A DNA stretch of 64,000 bases from Octopus sinensis (lineage: Eukaryota). The stretch spans positions 5,084,001-5,148,000 of the forward strand of contig NC_043021.1 of NCBI RefSeq assembly GCF_006345805.1, read 5' to 3'. Below the pieces are notes generated by a model. The model was given only the letters and a program-made list of their open reading frames with translations, was not told the DNA's origin and did not search any database. The translations under genes were made by a program, and so were the position numbers. Shown one piece after another: positions 37,817-49,896 of this stretch (position 1 is its first letter; each line of letters opens with the position of its first letter).

Positions 37817-38215
37817 TCTTTTCTCTTTCTCTTTTACTTGTTTCAGTCATTTGACTGCGGCCATGCTGGAGCACCGCCTTTAGTCGAGCAAATCGACCCC
37901 GGGACTTATTCTTTGTAAGCCCAGTACTTATTCTATCGGTCTCTTTTGCCGAACCGCTAAGTAACGGGGACGTAAACACACAAGCATCGGTTGTCAAACA
38001 ATGTTAGAGGGACAAACACACACACACATACATATATATATATACATATATACGACAGGCTTCTTTCAGTTTCCGTCTACCAAATTCACTCACAAGGCAT
38101 TGGTCGGCCCGGGGCTATAGCAGAAGACACTTGCCCAAGATGCCACGCAGTGGGACTGAACCCGGAACCATGTGGTTGGTTAGCAAGCTACTTACCACAC
38201 AGCCACTCCTGCGCC
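37817..38215 (-). mobile_element. SINE-A
   Basis: Full length, inverted relative to 37026-37421. Confidence 0.9.
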
Positions 38216-39210
38216 TATGACTATAAAACCTAAAACATAAGAAAACTGTCGCTCATAGTCTTGGCTCTGCTTGTCTGTGGTGTGTGCAGTGGACCCTTGT
38301 TATGCTAGTCCAGATGAAATTTCTTTAGGTGGCTTGCTTCCCGACCATGTGGTCTTGTGTTCCATCTCACTGTGCAGTGCCATGATTTTGCAATCAAGCC
38401 ACTGTCATGCACTTTCTCTCACACACATTGAAATCAATAAAAAGAGTTCAGTGGTGCAGAGTGGAAAATTCAACGTTTCAAACAATCCTTCCTCAGTGGG
38501 GAAAAGTTGAAAGGAGAGAAATTGAGAGACAGGCAGAGTTTGACATGCTCTAAGTTTGTTGTGATAATTTCTTCAAAAGAAGAGACCTGTCCGCAGAAGC
38601 ATTGACATTCGTGCCCTGCGACCACATGCAGATAGATTCAGATTTGAAAAAAACTCTTCAGCCCAGCTTGTCTAGTTGATAACAGGCTCATGTCCTACTT
38701 AACAGGGAAGAAAGTTAGTGGCAAGAAAGACAACCAGTCATAAAAACAATTGCTCCAAAAGCATGAACCATTTTTTCTTTTCCTTTTTCTTTTTTTTTTT
38801 CTCTATAAACCACCCATCCTAGCTACCCTTCCTACCCAGACATGGAACATGTATGGGAAAACAGTTTAGCAAGAGAAATATATATAAAACAAATATATTT
38901 GGTTTATTTTTCATTCCTTAACCAAATGCGGCTTATTTGTTTTACGGTTGTTGTCTCTTGTGTGTAGCATGTATTCAGCTGTGGCAAGTGTTTTTGTGTG
39001 TGAATATCCATTGACTGAAAACTTCTCTATTTCTTTCTGTTACTGTCCCCTAATAAGTACTGCTGTCCCCACTCTTACTCCTCAGCTTATATATACAAGC
39101 CAAAGTGGTGCATTCTCCCTTTGTTTGTCATTAGATTGTGGCCATACTTAACCAGCATCTTAAAGAAATTTTTGGTCAAATGAATTGACTACATTTTATT
39201 TATATATATA

Positions 39211-39800
39211 GGTGCAGCAGTGGCTGTGTGGTAGGTAGCTTGTTTACCAACCACATGGTTCCAGGTTCAGTCCCACTGCGTGGCACCTTGGGCAAGTGTC
39301 TTCTACTATAGCCTCAGGCCGACCAAAGCCTTGTGAGTGGATTTGGTAGACGGAAACTGAAAGAAGCCTGTCGTGACCACGTGTGTACCATTGGCGTTTT
39401 TTCTTCCTCTGTCTTTCCTTCTATGTTTCCGACGAAGAGCTCCGCTCGAAACATTAAACCCTCCTTCTTTCCTGAGCGTCCAATAATACTATATTTGTTA
39501 CACGTCCTCGCGTTGTTGTGTTTTTTTGTGCTTTCTTGTTTGGATTAACTATATATATATATATATGTATGTTTGTGTGTCTGTGTTTGTCCCCCTAGCA
39601 TTGCTTGACAACCGATGCTGGTGTGTTTACGTCCCCGTCACTTAGCGGTTCGGCAAAAGAGACCGGTAGAATGAATAAGTACTGGGCTTACAAAAGAATA
39701 AGTCCCGGGCTCAAGTCGCTCGATCAACTAAAGGCGGTGCTCCAGCATGGGCGCAATCAAATGACTGAAACAAGTAAAAGAGTATAGAGTAAAAGAGAGA
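39211..39800 (+). mobile_element. SINE-A interrupted by a Penelope-like repeat at its internal microsatellite
   Basis: Head to GAAGCCTGTCGT (39375), foreign segment 39376-39550, then (TA)n and the normal SINE-A 3' half. Confidence 0.85.
39376..39550 (+). mobile_element. Penelope-like terminal repeat with hammerhead-like core
   Basis: CCGACGA (39429) + A + GAGC/GCTC + GAAAC; downstream CGTC triplet; T-rich end running into (TA)n. Confidence 0.55.
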
Positions 39801-40600
39801 AATAACACACACACACACACACACACACGAGAAAACATGTCTAGGTAATATATGTGATGTAACACTGCACTATTCTTCCCCAGTAAACGTCTGTAAATGT
39901 TACCCTGCTATATTACTACTGATTTCTTTGCCCTACATATATATATATCTTATTTTAATTATTTATATTTACTATATTCTTGATACCTCAATGGATGGGT
40001 AAGTTCTCTAGAAAGCAAGTCAAACAACCCTAGTCTTATTTACCATTGCACACACACACACATTACTCGGAAAGGCATAAACATTGACTCCTCACTCACA
40101 ACATCAGTTCCCCTCCGACCCTTCCTATCTACAAATCCGGGGTTTTTGAAACCATGTAAAACAAAATGAACCAAAAACCAAAAAAAAAAAGGACAAAAAA
40201 TGTATCCAGATTTCTTTCATGTGTGTGTGGTAGTAGGGGATGCAGAATGAAGCTGTGGGAAATTTTGTCTGATGTAAGTAAAGGAAATGGTTCCAGCTGG
40301 GAAACCAAATGGGGGCCATAGTTTTCAGCAGGCTGAGAACTAAGTGCCATTCTATGATGTAAAAGTTTCTACTAACACCATTGTCAGTGACAGAATAACC
40401 TTGTAAATAATATTAATAATGGTTTAGTTATTGTCTAATAAAAGTACTGTTATTTTTTAGAAATTACTTTATCTCACATAGACACATATCTATATATATA
40501 TATATAATATTTTTTATTTTTTTATTTTCCATACGCCCATTTTTAAAATTTACCTTCAATTTAGCATTCTGCCTTTTTAAATTTTTCCTCGTCTATATAT

Positions 40601-40809
40601 ACTGTCCTTCTCGCCATGATAGATCGTTAGCTCCTACACGCATTTTTTTCTCTCCTTGTTTTTTTTCTGTGTATCTTTCTGTCGAAGAGCGTAGGCTCGA
40701 AACGTAAAAGACTTGTTCTATTTCTATTCCTGAGCGCCATACTAATACATTTGTTTGTTTGTACTCCATCTGCCTTCGTCTTTTGTTTATTTTCGTAAAC
40801 CTTCCCGTT
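40601..40809 (+). mobile_element. Penelope-like terminal repeat with damaged hammerhead-like core
   Basis: CTGTCGA (40679) + A + GAGC-GTAG-GCTC + GAAACG; shares CCTGAGCG..AATAC with 39376-39550; ends in (TA)n. Confidence 0.55.
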
Positions 40810-40880
40810 ATATATATATATATATATATATGTGTGCGGTGCCCCAGCATGGCCACAGCTCGTGAGCTGAAACTAGATAA

Positions 40881-40921
<41 letters not shown>

Positions 40922-40966
40922 AAAGTAAGATAGGGGTTATGAGGGTAACCCACTATGGGATATCAG

Positions 40967-41007
<41 letters not shown>

Positions 41008-41019
41008 TATATACATACA

Positions 41020-41213
41020 TACAATAATATGTTACTTTACTCGGTAGTCAAGATAAAACTGAGTTTCAGATGCCGAAGTGGAAATCCACAACACCATCTC
41101 TTCGGTTATCTTGACTATCGAGTAATGTAACATATTATTGTATAGATAAATTTCCTCTATTTACATAATATTGAGGTCTCTTTCTTTCTTTTTGTTATCT
41201 TACCGTTTTTACC

Positions 41214-41215
<2 letters not shown>
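41020..41215. mobile_element. Penelope-like repeat with 37-bp inverted arms enclosing a hammerhead-like core
   Basis: Arms 41020-41056 / 41106-41142 match at 35 of 37 positions; embedded in (TA)n. Confidence 0.6.
41052..41110 (-). ncRNA. Predicted minimal type I hammerhead ribozyme variant
   Basis: Reverse strand: GATAA-CCGAAGA-GATG..CATC-T-GAAA-CT-C-AG-TT-TTATC. Helices I, II and III all pair; triplet GUU; deviations are C4 in place of U4 and an extra T before GAAA. Confidence 0.45.
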
Positions 41216-41252
<37 letters not shown>

Positions 41253-41661
41253 GTTTATGAATTTGTTTTGCAAGATTCCTGATGTGAAATCGTGTGTTTG
41301 ATACTGATATTCTTTGGGGTGGTCATTTTGTTTTTTCTTGCCAAATAAACATGCACACTATATAATTCATCCTTCACTTGTTTATTCTCATTTTATCTTA
41401 TGTCCATTGTCTGGAAATCTTCCATCACACAACACATCTGTGACCACTTGAGTAACTCTTCCATCCATGTGTTTCCTCTTATTCTGATTAGTCCATTCTA
41501 TCTCTATGACGTGTATCCTTATCTGTATGTGCGTGCATGTGCATACGCATCTGTTTTTTATGTATTTTGTGTGTGTGTGTGTATGGTTTTGCTTACTATA
41601 TTATTTGTATCTGTGCCCTTTATATAGTTTGTTTTTAATTTATTTACTTATTTCTATTATA

Positions 41662-42062
41662 CTAGCAGTATCGCCCGGCGTTGCTCGGGTTTGTAAGGGA
41701 AATAACTATATAAGCATTTTTAGAGATGTAAAGTATAATAGCCATCTCAATATGGCTAACCACAAAGGGGGGGGCGGTGTTACTGTATAGCTTTTTACGT
41801 TCTGAGATTTAATAATAAATTTTAGAGAGTTACTTTCCTTATATATGCCAAAAATGCATTAAAAATGGGAAAAATTGATGGTAAATTTTTTTTTAAATCG
41901 TAGACTCATCGTAGACGCACGCTAATACCCAGAAGGGCTCGATATGAATCACGACTATAAGATACCCGGTTTTGGTTAAACTGCACCGCAAAATGTGGGA
42001 GTAGTTAGGAATCTAAATCGTAGGAGACAGACAGCACACAACCTCACTTTTATATATAAAGA
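41662..42062 (-). mobile_element. Non-autonomous Helitron (401 bp)
   Basis: Reverse strand: A|TCTTTATATATAAA 5' end; subterminal hairpin CCCG-AGCAACGC-CGGG; CTAG|T 3' end; no TSD. Confidence 0.9.
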
Positions 42063-42107
42063 TTTCATCATAAGTATGTGCATGTCTCTTGTGTGTTTGT
42101 ATGTATG

Positions 42108-42154
<47 letters not shown>

Positions 42155-42496
42155 GGGTTTATGTATTATACAGTTTGTATCTGTGTGTTTTGTTTTGTTC
42201 TCTTTCGTCATGTGTTATCAATGTGATGTTCTCATTTTTAAGTTTTATCAAAATAGATCTTCTTTAGAATTCAGAGCCAGTACTGCATGTTACAACGTTT
42301 CATGTATGAATACACCTATATAAGCAATGCAATTGTCATATGCGAGACACAACTTGCAGTGCTGGCTCTGGATTCCTGGGAAAATATCACAACAAAGGGG
42401 TAATTGTATTTGACGATATTGTAGGTGTGCTCTAATTTTAACGGTACATATTCAAGAACATTTTTTGCTTTGTGTATTAAAGCATGCAATATTTAA

Positions 42497-42912
42497 CCCT
42501 TTCGTTACTGTATTTATTTTGAGATGCTCTGGGTTTCTTTCAATTACTTTAACTATAACAACGAATTTAGTAAGATAACTTACACTGTGCAGGTGGAACG
42601 TAAAAAACACCCACTACACTCGAGGAGTGGTTGGCGTTAGGAAGGGCATCCAGCTGTAGAAACACTGCCAAATCTGACTGGGCCTGATGAAGCCTTCCGG
42701 CTTCACAGACCCCAGTTAAACCGTCCAACCCATGCTAGCATGGAAAACGGACGCTAAATGATGATGATGATGAACTTAGTTATCATTAAGCTAGTGTTAG
42801 GAACATAAATTGTGACTAAGGTTTGGTGGAAGAATTTAATTCAAAACTTATGAAAAAAAGACAATTGTATTCAGAGTCAGGGCCGGTTTCAGCCGGGTTA
42901 GTAACGAAAGGA
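42497..42912. mobile_element. MITE-B interrupted by SINE-C
   Basis: TIRs and TTAA at both ends. Confidence 0.9.
42583..42772 (+). mobile_element. SINE-C inserted into MITE-B
   Basis: TSD AACTTA at 42577-42582 and 42773-42778; (GAT)n tail. Confidence 0.9.
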
Positions 42913-43891
42913 TTAAAGCAATCTAGCTGTAACATTGCAAAGCATTCACAAAAGTATCTTGACTAAGGCATAAAGTGACTCTCATCATTTAACATCCATC
43001 TTCCATGCTGGCATGGGTTAGGTGGTTTGACAGGAGCTAGCAGGCCAGAAGACTGCAGCAGGCTTCACCGTCTCTTTTGGCATGGTTTTAGTTTGAAATT
43101 AGGGTGTAGTAGTGTCAGGGTTAAAATCAGCTTATGGGAGGCCCAACATCGTGTATACAGGGTGATTTAAAAAAAAGATTTAATTTTTATCTGGCATGTA
43201 TTTTGACATGAAAAATAATCAAGCAAAATGTGGGGGTTGAACTGTTGTCCATTCTATGAAGCATCTACAGGGATGCCTATTAAATGCATTCTAAAGCACC
43301 AAACTTAGGGTTTACTTTTTTACCCCATAGCAATGTATGTGTTTGTCCCCCTGCCATAACTTGACAATGAATACTGGTGTGTTTCTGTCCCTGTAACTTA
43401 GCAGTTCAGCAAAAGAGACTGATAGAATAAGTACTAGGCTTACAAATAATAAGTCCTGGGGTAAATTTCTTCAACTAACACTCTTTAGGACGGTGCTCCA
43501 GCATGGCCGCAGTCAAATGACTGAAACAAGTAAAAAAAATAAAAGGACCCCTATCCCATGAACACTATTAATTTATGTAATTTGAAGATGATTATCACAT
43601 CATTTTCTAAGATATGATACAAATGTGGCTAATTATTCATTTAGGCCTAATTAGGAAAGATTTCAACCAATTCGCTGACTATTCAATGTGTCATATTTCC
43701 TAAAATATTCATCCAAATTTCACAAATGAAGTATCAAAATGTTTCTTTTTGGATTCTCTCCAAGAAAAAGTACAGTAGAAGCTAGATTTAAATATTTTCA
43801 AAACTTCGTAGTGTTACCTACTGTTGTTGAGAATAACAATCCCATGAGCTGTTCCTATCTTCCTTCCCTTTTAGCATTGTTATTACTTTAA

Positions 43892-44102
43892 CCCTTTCAT
43901 ACCTACCACATGACATCATCCCTAGGTCTATGATACAAACTTCTTATCTAGATTACTGAAACAAGTAAAAAAAATCTAGATTATGACTTTCCATTAGAAT
44001 TCCTTGTGAATTTATGTTCCAATACCAGCATTAACCACAGTTATTTTACTAAATTTTAAAAGGTGGTTGGTGTATTTCAATAGAAATATGGTAATGAATG
44101 AG
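43892..44102. mobile_element. MITE-C, older TTAA-flanked family (related ends near 36480 and 52455)
   Basis: TTAA-CCCTTTCATACC ... GGTAATGAATGAG-TTAA; degenerate TIRs. Confidence 0.55.
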
Positions 44103-44939
44103 TTAAAAGGCATCAGGGGTTACATGGAAAGTGCTGTGAGTTCTACTAGTTAGGCTGATAAAACTAAGCAATAACAGCATTTTAAAGCTTTTAATGTATT
44201 TTCCAATTGTATTTGTAAAAATTTCTGATGCTTTATCAATCGCTGCCAAAATTATTATTTGATCAAACATACACTGAAAGTATTGGGCCTACAGGTATAT
44301 AGATTTTATATAGGCAAACAAACCATTTTCGACTTGATTTTGTATCAAGAGGAAACTTTGTTGTTTTTTTGCCCAAAAGTCAGTTGACCTTGATCAATCA
44401 AACCTTTGATTAAACAATTCTAGCAGTGACCTTCCAGTTATTTATCCCCTGAGTGTAATATACCTGGACTACATTATCCAATGTCCTTTTTTTTTTTTTT
44501 CTTAATTTTATGTAAGATAATAGGTTGGTATGCACTGGAGATGTGGCTGCTGTTTCTAGCTAGTGAGTGATTGCTTAGAGGCTTTCCTTGTTAGCTTTGT
44601 ATTGTAGAATGTTCTTGAAATGAGAAATCTTTCAAGAATGTCTGCATTATTCATCAGACATATTAATATCATCTCTCGTAAATAAAAGCAGTTGAACAGC
44701 AGACAAAATGCTTTGCTGTATTTAGTTACATACTTTTGTGTCTGAGTTTAAACAATTTCAAAGTGGTTGGCATTGTCTTTTGTCCTTCCAAGGTCAATAA
44801 AATAACTCCAGCCAAGTTCAGGGATCAATTGTAAGTAACTGAAGCCCTGTTCCCTACCTTCCTCCAAAATTTATGCCCTTGTACTTTATGGTGCCAGTAA
44901 AGCTTCTGATCAAACTAAAGAAGTTTTTTTTTGTTTTGT

Positions 44940-45136
44940 TTTACTTGTTTCAGTCATTTGACTGTGGCCATGCTGGAGCACCGCCTTTAGTCGAGCAAAT
45001 CGACCCCGGGACTTATTCTTTGTAAGCCCAGTACTTATTCTATCGGTCTCTTTTGCCGAACCGCTAAGTGACGGAGGTGTAAACACACCAGCATCGGTTG
45101 TCAAGCAATGCTAGGGGGACAAACACAAACACACAA

Positions 45137-45179
<43 letters not shown>

Positions 45180-45208
45180 CGACAGGCTTCTTTCAGTTTC
45201 CGTCTACC
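44940..45208 (-). mobile_element. SINE-A, 5'-truncated
   Basis: 3' half and microsatellite present; head missing. Confidence 0.85.
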
Positions 45209-45222
45209 TGCTTTTAAAGTTA

Positions 45223-45592
45223 TCTCTCTATATATAAACAGCAAAATGTCTGTGTGTGTGTGTATCCTTTATACAAATCTACAATTTTTCAGTTAGAGTG
45301 CTCACACTTTCTATGGTCATTCAAAACCGTCCAAGGGTGGTCGTGCACATCTTTACATTTCCCCAGTCACCCCACAAAGCCATTTAAAAATCAATAGAAG
45401 TGACTTTTTTGTGAATTTTCTATCCAAAACCCAATCAAAATGCCTGAAACTTGATACGCCAATTGAATGCCAGCTAGCTGTATGTGATTGGTCGGAGATT
45501 TGGACAGTACTCGCATGTATGTGCACACACACATGCAGCTGTATATGCATGCACTAGCACTACGACCCAGTGTTGCCAGGTCATAGTGCTAG
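45223..45592 (+). mobile_element. Non-autonomous Helitron (370 bp), second family
   Basis: A|TCTCTCTATATATAAA 5' end; GACC..GGTC hairpin, then CTAG|T. Confidence 0.85.
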
Positions 45593-46655
45593 TCTAAATT
45601 AAGACCTTCAATCAAAATTTCTTGTGAATTTATGTTCCAAATATGAAATCAATAATGAGTCACTACTAAATTGATCATCATTATTGTTTAACGTCCGTTT
45701 TCAATGCTGGCATAGGTTGGATGGTTTGACATGGAGCTTACCAGCTGGAGAACTATCTAGAAAATTTTCTGTTGTGGCATGGTTTCTACAGCTGGATGCC
45801 CATCCTGACACCAACCACTTGTGTGCGCTGGGTGCTTTTTACATGCCACCAAGCATGGATGTTTATATAGCACTGGCACGTGTGCTTTTTATGTGGCACC
45901 CGCACCTGAAAAGACAATCCTGATTGTATGGAAAGCAATGATTTTACTTATCTTGATGTGTCTTCTCAAGTACAGCAAGGTCCAGCATCCAAAGATCCTT
46001 CCTGGGTCAACCCATTTAAGGGTGAAAACTGCATATTCAACTGGTTTATTATGCTAAAGCCACTACGGACATTCTTCTTTGGTGTGAGGTGGGCATGTTG
46101 GGCATGCTGGAGTATTCTAATTTTTAACCTCACTCAACAAAAGGAAATTCGACCTTGTTTTTTGTAGCCCTGGATCAGATCAGATCAGATCAGATCAAGT
46201 AGCTTTGGCTTGAACCAATGAAGGAACTTCTATGCTGTAGCCTGACCTGCTAAAATGGACAACAACTAAGCCTTAGAATTATTACCATCTCAAAAGTAAA
46301 TGAATATACTGAGTAATGTAGTCATAAATGGGGGTTTTTTTAAAATATGGAATAGGCATTTGATTGCAAGTTCCATTCACTGAAACACATTCTAACTTCA
46401 GTCTTGTCTTGTGTGTGTGTGTGTGTTAGGAATGTATTGGGAAATAAGCTAGTGGCATTGTTTAATGGGAGGTTGGGGGAGGGGGAGGTGGTGGTAATGG
46501 TGGCTGTTTGCCATCCTATTAATAGTAGAACTGACTGCTGCACTCTTACAGGTCTTTTTGACACAGCAGTGAGCAAATGAGGCAGCTTCTATGTGGCCAC
46601 TCAATCTGCTGGAAATAATAGTAAATTTTTTTCTGAAACCAACACCTTATCTTAA

Positions 46656-46869
46656 CCCTTTCATTACCAACCCGGCTGAAACCGGCTCTGGCTACAAATG
46701 TCTTGTTTTCATAAGTTTTGAATTAAAATCTTCCACCAAACCTTAGTCACAATTTGTGTTCCTAACACTAGCTTAATGATAACCAAGTTATTTTATTAAA
46801 TTCTTTGTTATATATAAAGTAATTGAAAGAAACACATATCATCTCAAAATAAATACAGTAACGAAAAGG
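46656..46869. mobile_element. MITE-B (opposite orientation)
   Basis: TTAA-flanked; 214 bp. Confidence 0.9.
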
Positions 46870-47189
46870 TTAAACACACACATTAAAGTAATTTAGAGTA
46901 GCCTATACCCAGAACAGGGGAAAACAGGATTGGTCAGGACAAAAATTTCTTTTTGTCATAAGTCTGCTTGATGGTGGCTGACCTAGGGCTACAAGAGACA
47001 AGAGAAATTAAATGTTCATGCAGTAACATGATAGTTTGTGTTATAAGCAACAGGTGTTAACTGCTAGTTGTGTAAACACTACTTGAGAATGTTTTAATTC
47101 TCCCTCCTCTCCTTTGGGGTAATTCTGTTTTTGACTGCTCTGTGTGCTTTTTGATAGCAGTGCCTGTCAATATAACTTATTTAGATTAG

Positions 47190-47234
<45 letters not shown>

Positions 47235-47941
47235 CATTTAATGTGCCTTTTTTGTAGCCTGGTTGACAGTTCCTAATGTTGACCATGTCAAAGGGCATCC
47301 TGATGCCAACCACTTCAGAGTGTACTGGGTACTTTTTTTCTTGACACCAACACCAGTGAGGTCACCAAGTACCCACAACAAAAGATCCCCTCAACTGCAT
47401 TGAGGAATATGAAGGGATGAGGTAGCAGCTATCTTGAAGAAGAAATGATCAAATGGTTTCTCTATCTGGAAAGAGAGGTGTAAGGTCAAGCTGTAAGGTG
47501 ACTATGATAGGGAGAATACAATAGAGGCAGGTGTGTGGTTGAAAAGTTTGCCTCCCAACTATACCTTCAGCTTCAATCATCCTGTGGTACCATTGATGTC
47601 TACTACTATAGCCTGGGCCAACCAGGCTTTGTGAACGGATTTAATGGGCAGAGACTAGAAGACTGTTGTTTGTGTATGTATGGTTGTGTGTTTTTACATC
47701 TGCTGCTTGTATGAAAAATGCTGCAGGTGGCATTCTTGTTTGTCCTGTCAACAAATCGTCTGGACATTTTGTGACTTTGAACCATGTGGAATAAGTGATT
47801 CCTTGATCCTTTCTTGAGAAACAAGGTGAAGGTTGTTAGTATCAGGAAGGGTATCTGGCTGAAAAGTGATGCCTCAAATAACATAGCTTGTCCAGTCCAT
47901 GCAAACAAGGGAAAATGGGCATAGAACAAATGGACAAACAT

Positions 47942-47974
<33 letters not shown>

Positions 47975-48581
47975 GGTTGATCGTTTCTCTTGCTTTTAGA
48001 GAAGGTGATGAGGAAAAGTGCAATTAGGATATTGATTATCCAGGGCAGTAACAGAAGTGAACTAGATGCATCTGGGAGTGGACACTAGGTCATAGGAACT
48101 ATTTACCAAACACTGAATTTGCTAATTAATATCATTCATTTGAAGACCAGATTGATGTGACTTCAGAGAAATTCAGCTGCTATTTCTTGCTGGTCAACCG
48201 GCCACTTGTTCAGTTAGCTGCTTGGAGGCTTCCTTCAGTATTTGCTAGGTCTGAGCTTACAAAGGGAGATTACTTCAACCAATGAAAGATTTTTGTTTTA
48301 TTGATTTCATGTTTCAATGTATTGATTCCTTTGCAGTAAATTCCTCTTTCTGTTAGTTCTGGAAATCTCTCACATTTGCGAACAATAATTTCACATTGAT
48401 CATGCTACTTACAAAACTGCAGTTTTCATAGGGGGAGATTTTTGAGGTTTTTGTTATTCTTTCTAATAAGGTTTCAAGTCATGGCTTAAACGAGATTAAA
48501 AAAAAATTACTTGAGCTTATACTGATATACAGGGAGATCAGTGTAAAGGGTTTTATTTTGTTTTTATACACACACACACAG

Positions 48582-48925
48582 CTTGGCTGTGTGGTTAAAA
48601 AGCTTGCTTTTTAACTGTGTGGCTTCAGGTTCTGATCTCCTTGCAAGGCTCCTTGGCAAGTGTCTTCTACTGTAACTCTGGGTCAACATTGTGAGTGAAT
48701 TTGGTAGAAGGAAACTGCAATGGAACCCATTCATATATGTGTGTGTGTTTGTCCCACCACCACTGCTTGGCAACTTGTATTGGTTCGTTTATGGCCTTGT
48801 AACTTTGCAATTCAGCAAAGGAGTTCAATAGAATAAGTACCAGTTTAAAAAAAAAAAATTGCACTTGATTTATTTGATTAAATTCTTCAATGAGGTGCTC
48901 CAGCATGGTCGCAGTCTAATGGCTG
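48582..48925 (+). mobile_element. SINE-A, older, lacking its terminal tail and abutting a CR1 3' end
   Basis: Diverged head and body up to GCAGTCTAATG, then CR1 sequence. Confidence 0.75.
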
Positions 48926-48930
48926 GTTAC

Positions 48931-49163
48931 TTTCATCTCAATCGAAGGAGAGGGGCTTTCTCCGTCTGGGTTGCAGATCCATGGAATAAGCTGCCGGACG
49001 AGATGGTGAAGATGCTGACGGCCGCTCGGTTCAAAGTCTCCCTTGACCACAAGTGGCCTGAACTCTTTACATGAACACCACCCTGTACATAACTCCATGT
49101 CCCCCTACATGGCCTTGCTTTTTTGCAATTTGAGCCAAAAAATTAACTAACTAACTAACTAAC
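48931..49163 (+). mobile_element. CR1-type LINE 3' end
   Basis: Encodes FHLNRRRGAFSVWVADPWNKLPDEMVKMLTAARFKVSLDHKW*, matching the CR1/L2 ORF2 C-terminal WNxLP..FK..LD pattern; (TAAC)n tail. Confidence 0.85.
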
Positions 49164-49355
49164 CACTTTGTTGTGTCCAACTTCCCAGGCCCAGCACCAT
49201 CCAATGTATCGAGTCCGTTCTCCACAGTACATCAGTTTTCTGGAATTCCTTCCCTGCTCGTGTCCTCATGGACGTTGACTTTCAATGTTTCGATTGTTTC
49301 TGAGGGAACCTATAAGCAGTTGCTTATTGGCTCCCTCATCAACTTGTGGCTCAGT

Positions 49356-49758
49356 AGTACAAATGTCTTGTTTTCATAAGTTTTGAATTAAAATCTTCCA
49401 CCAAACCATAGTCACAATTTATGTTCCTTACACCAGCTTAATGATAACTAAGATATTTTACTAAATTCTTTGTTAATTTAACCCTTTAATGTTTAAACCG
49501 GCCATATCCGGCTCAAATATTCCAACTGTTTTATGTTCAAACTGGCAAGATTCAGCCTCTTACACCTATCCTACAATGTCATTCTAAAGCTAAACAGGCA
49601 CACCATCGAAATCTCAAAGCTAGAAGATAATCCATGATTAATTCAAAACAAAATGAATAAATAAGCATTACATTTGACAGAGTAAGCTGAATGCTAAAGG
49701 GTTAAAATTAATTGAAAGAAACACAGAGCATCTCAAAATAAATACGGTAACGAAAGGG
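49356..49758. mobile_element. Left-truncated MITE-B containing a complete MITE-A (49482-49701)
   Basis: Inner element flanked by TTAA at 49478-49481 and 49702-49705; outer right TIR ends at 49758, followed by TTAA. Confidence 0.9.
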
Positions 49759-49896
49759 TTAATCTGTTGTACATTTTAGTGTATGGTTGTGTTGATGGCC
49801 TTTTTTTCTTTTCTTTTTTTTCCCCCCAGTACAGTTACTCTTTCTCAAAATCCTTAATTATGTGAATGTTAACCTTTTTTTTCTTTTTTGTTGCAG

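Noticed and set aside
38580-38680. PAM2-like peptide DLSAEALTFVP
   Set aside because: Short frame ending in a stop with no donor; likely chance.
42684-42706. CTGATGA followed by AGCC/GGCT hairpin
   Set aside because: GAAA is absent (TCAC instead), and other SINE-C copies read CTGGTGCAG, so this is a chance variant.
48005-48115. Box C/D snoRNA candidate (GTGATGA...CTGA)
   Set aside because: No terminal stem and no recognisable guide or internal boxes.
49866-49896. ORF start at 49866 and extension 52345-52373
   Set aside because: Both lie in the polypyrimidine tract or after the GT donor, so they are intronic read-through.
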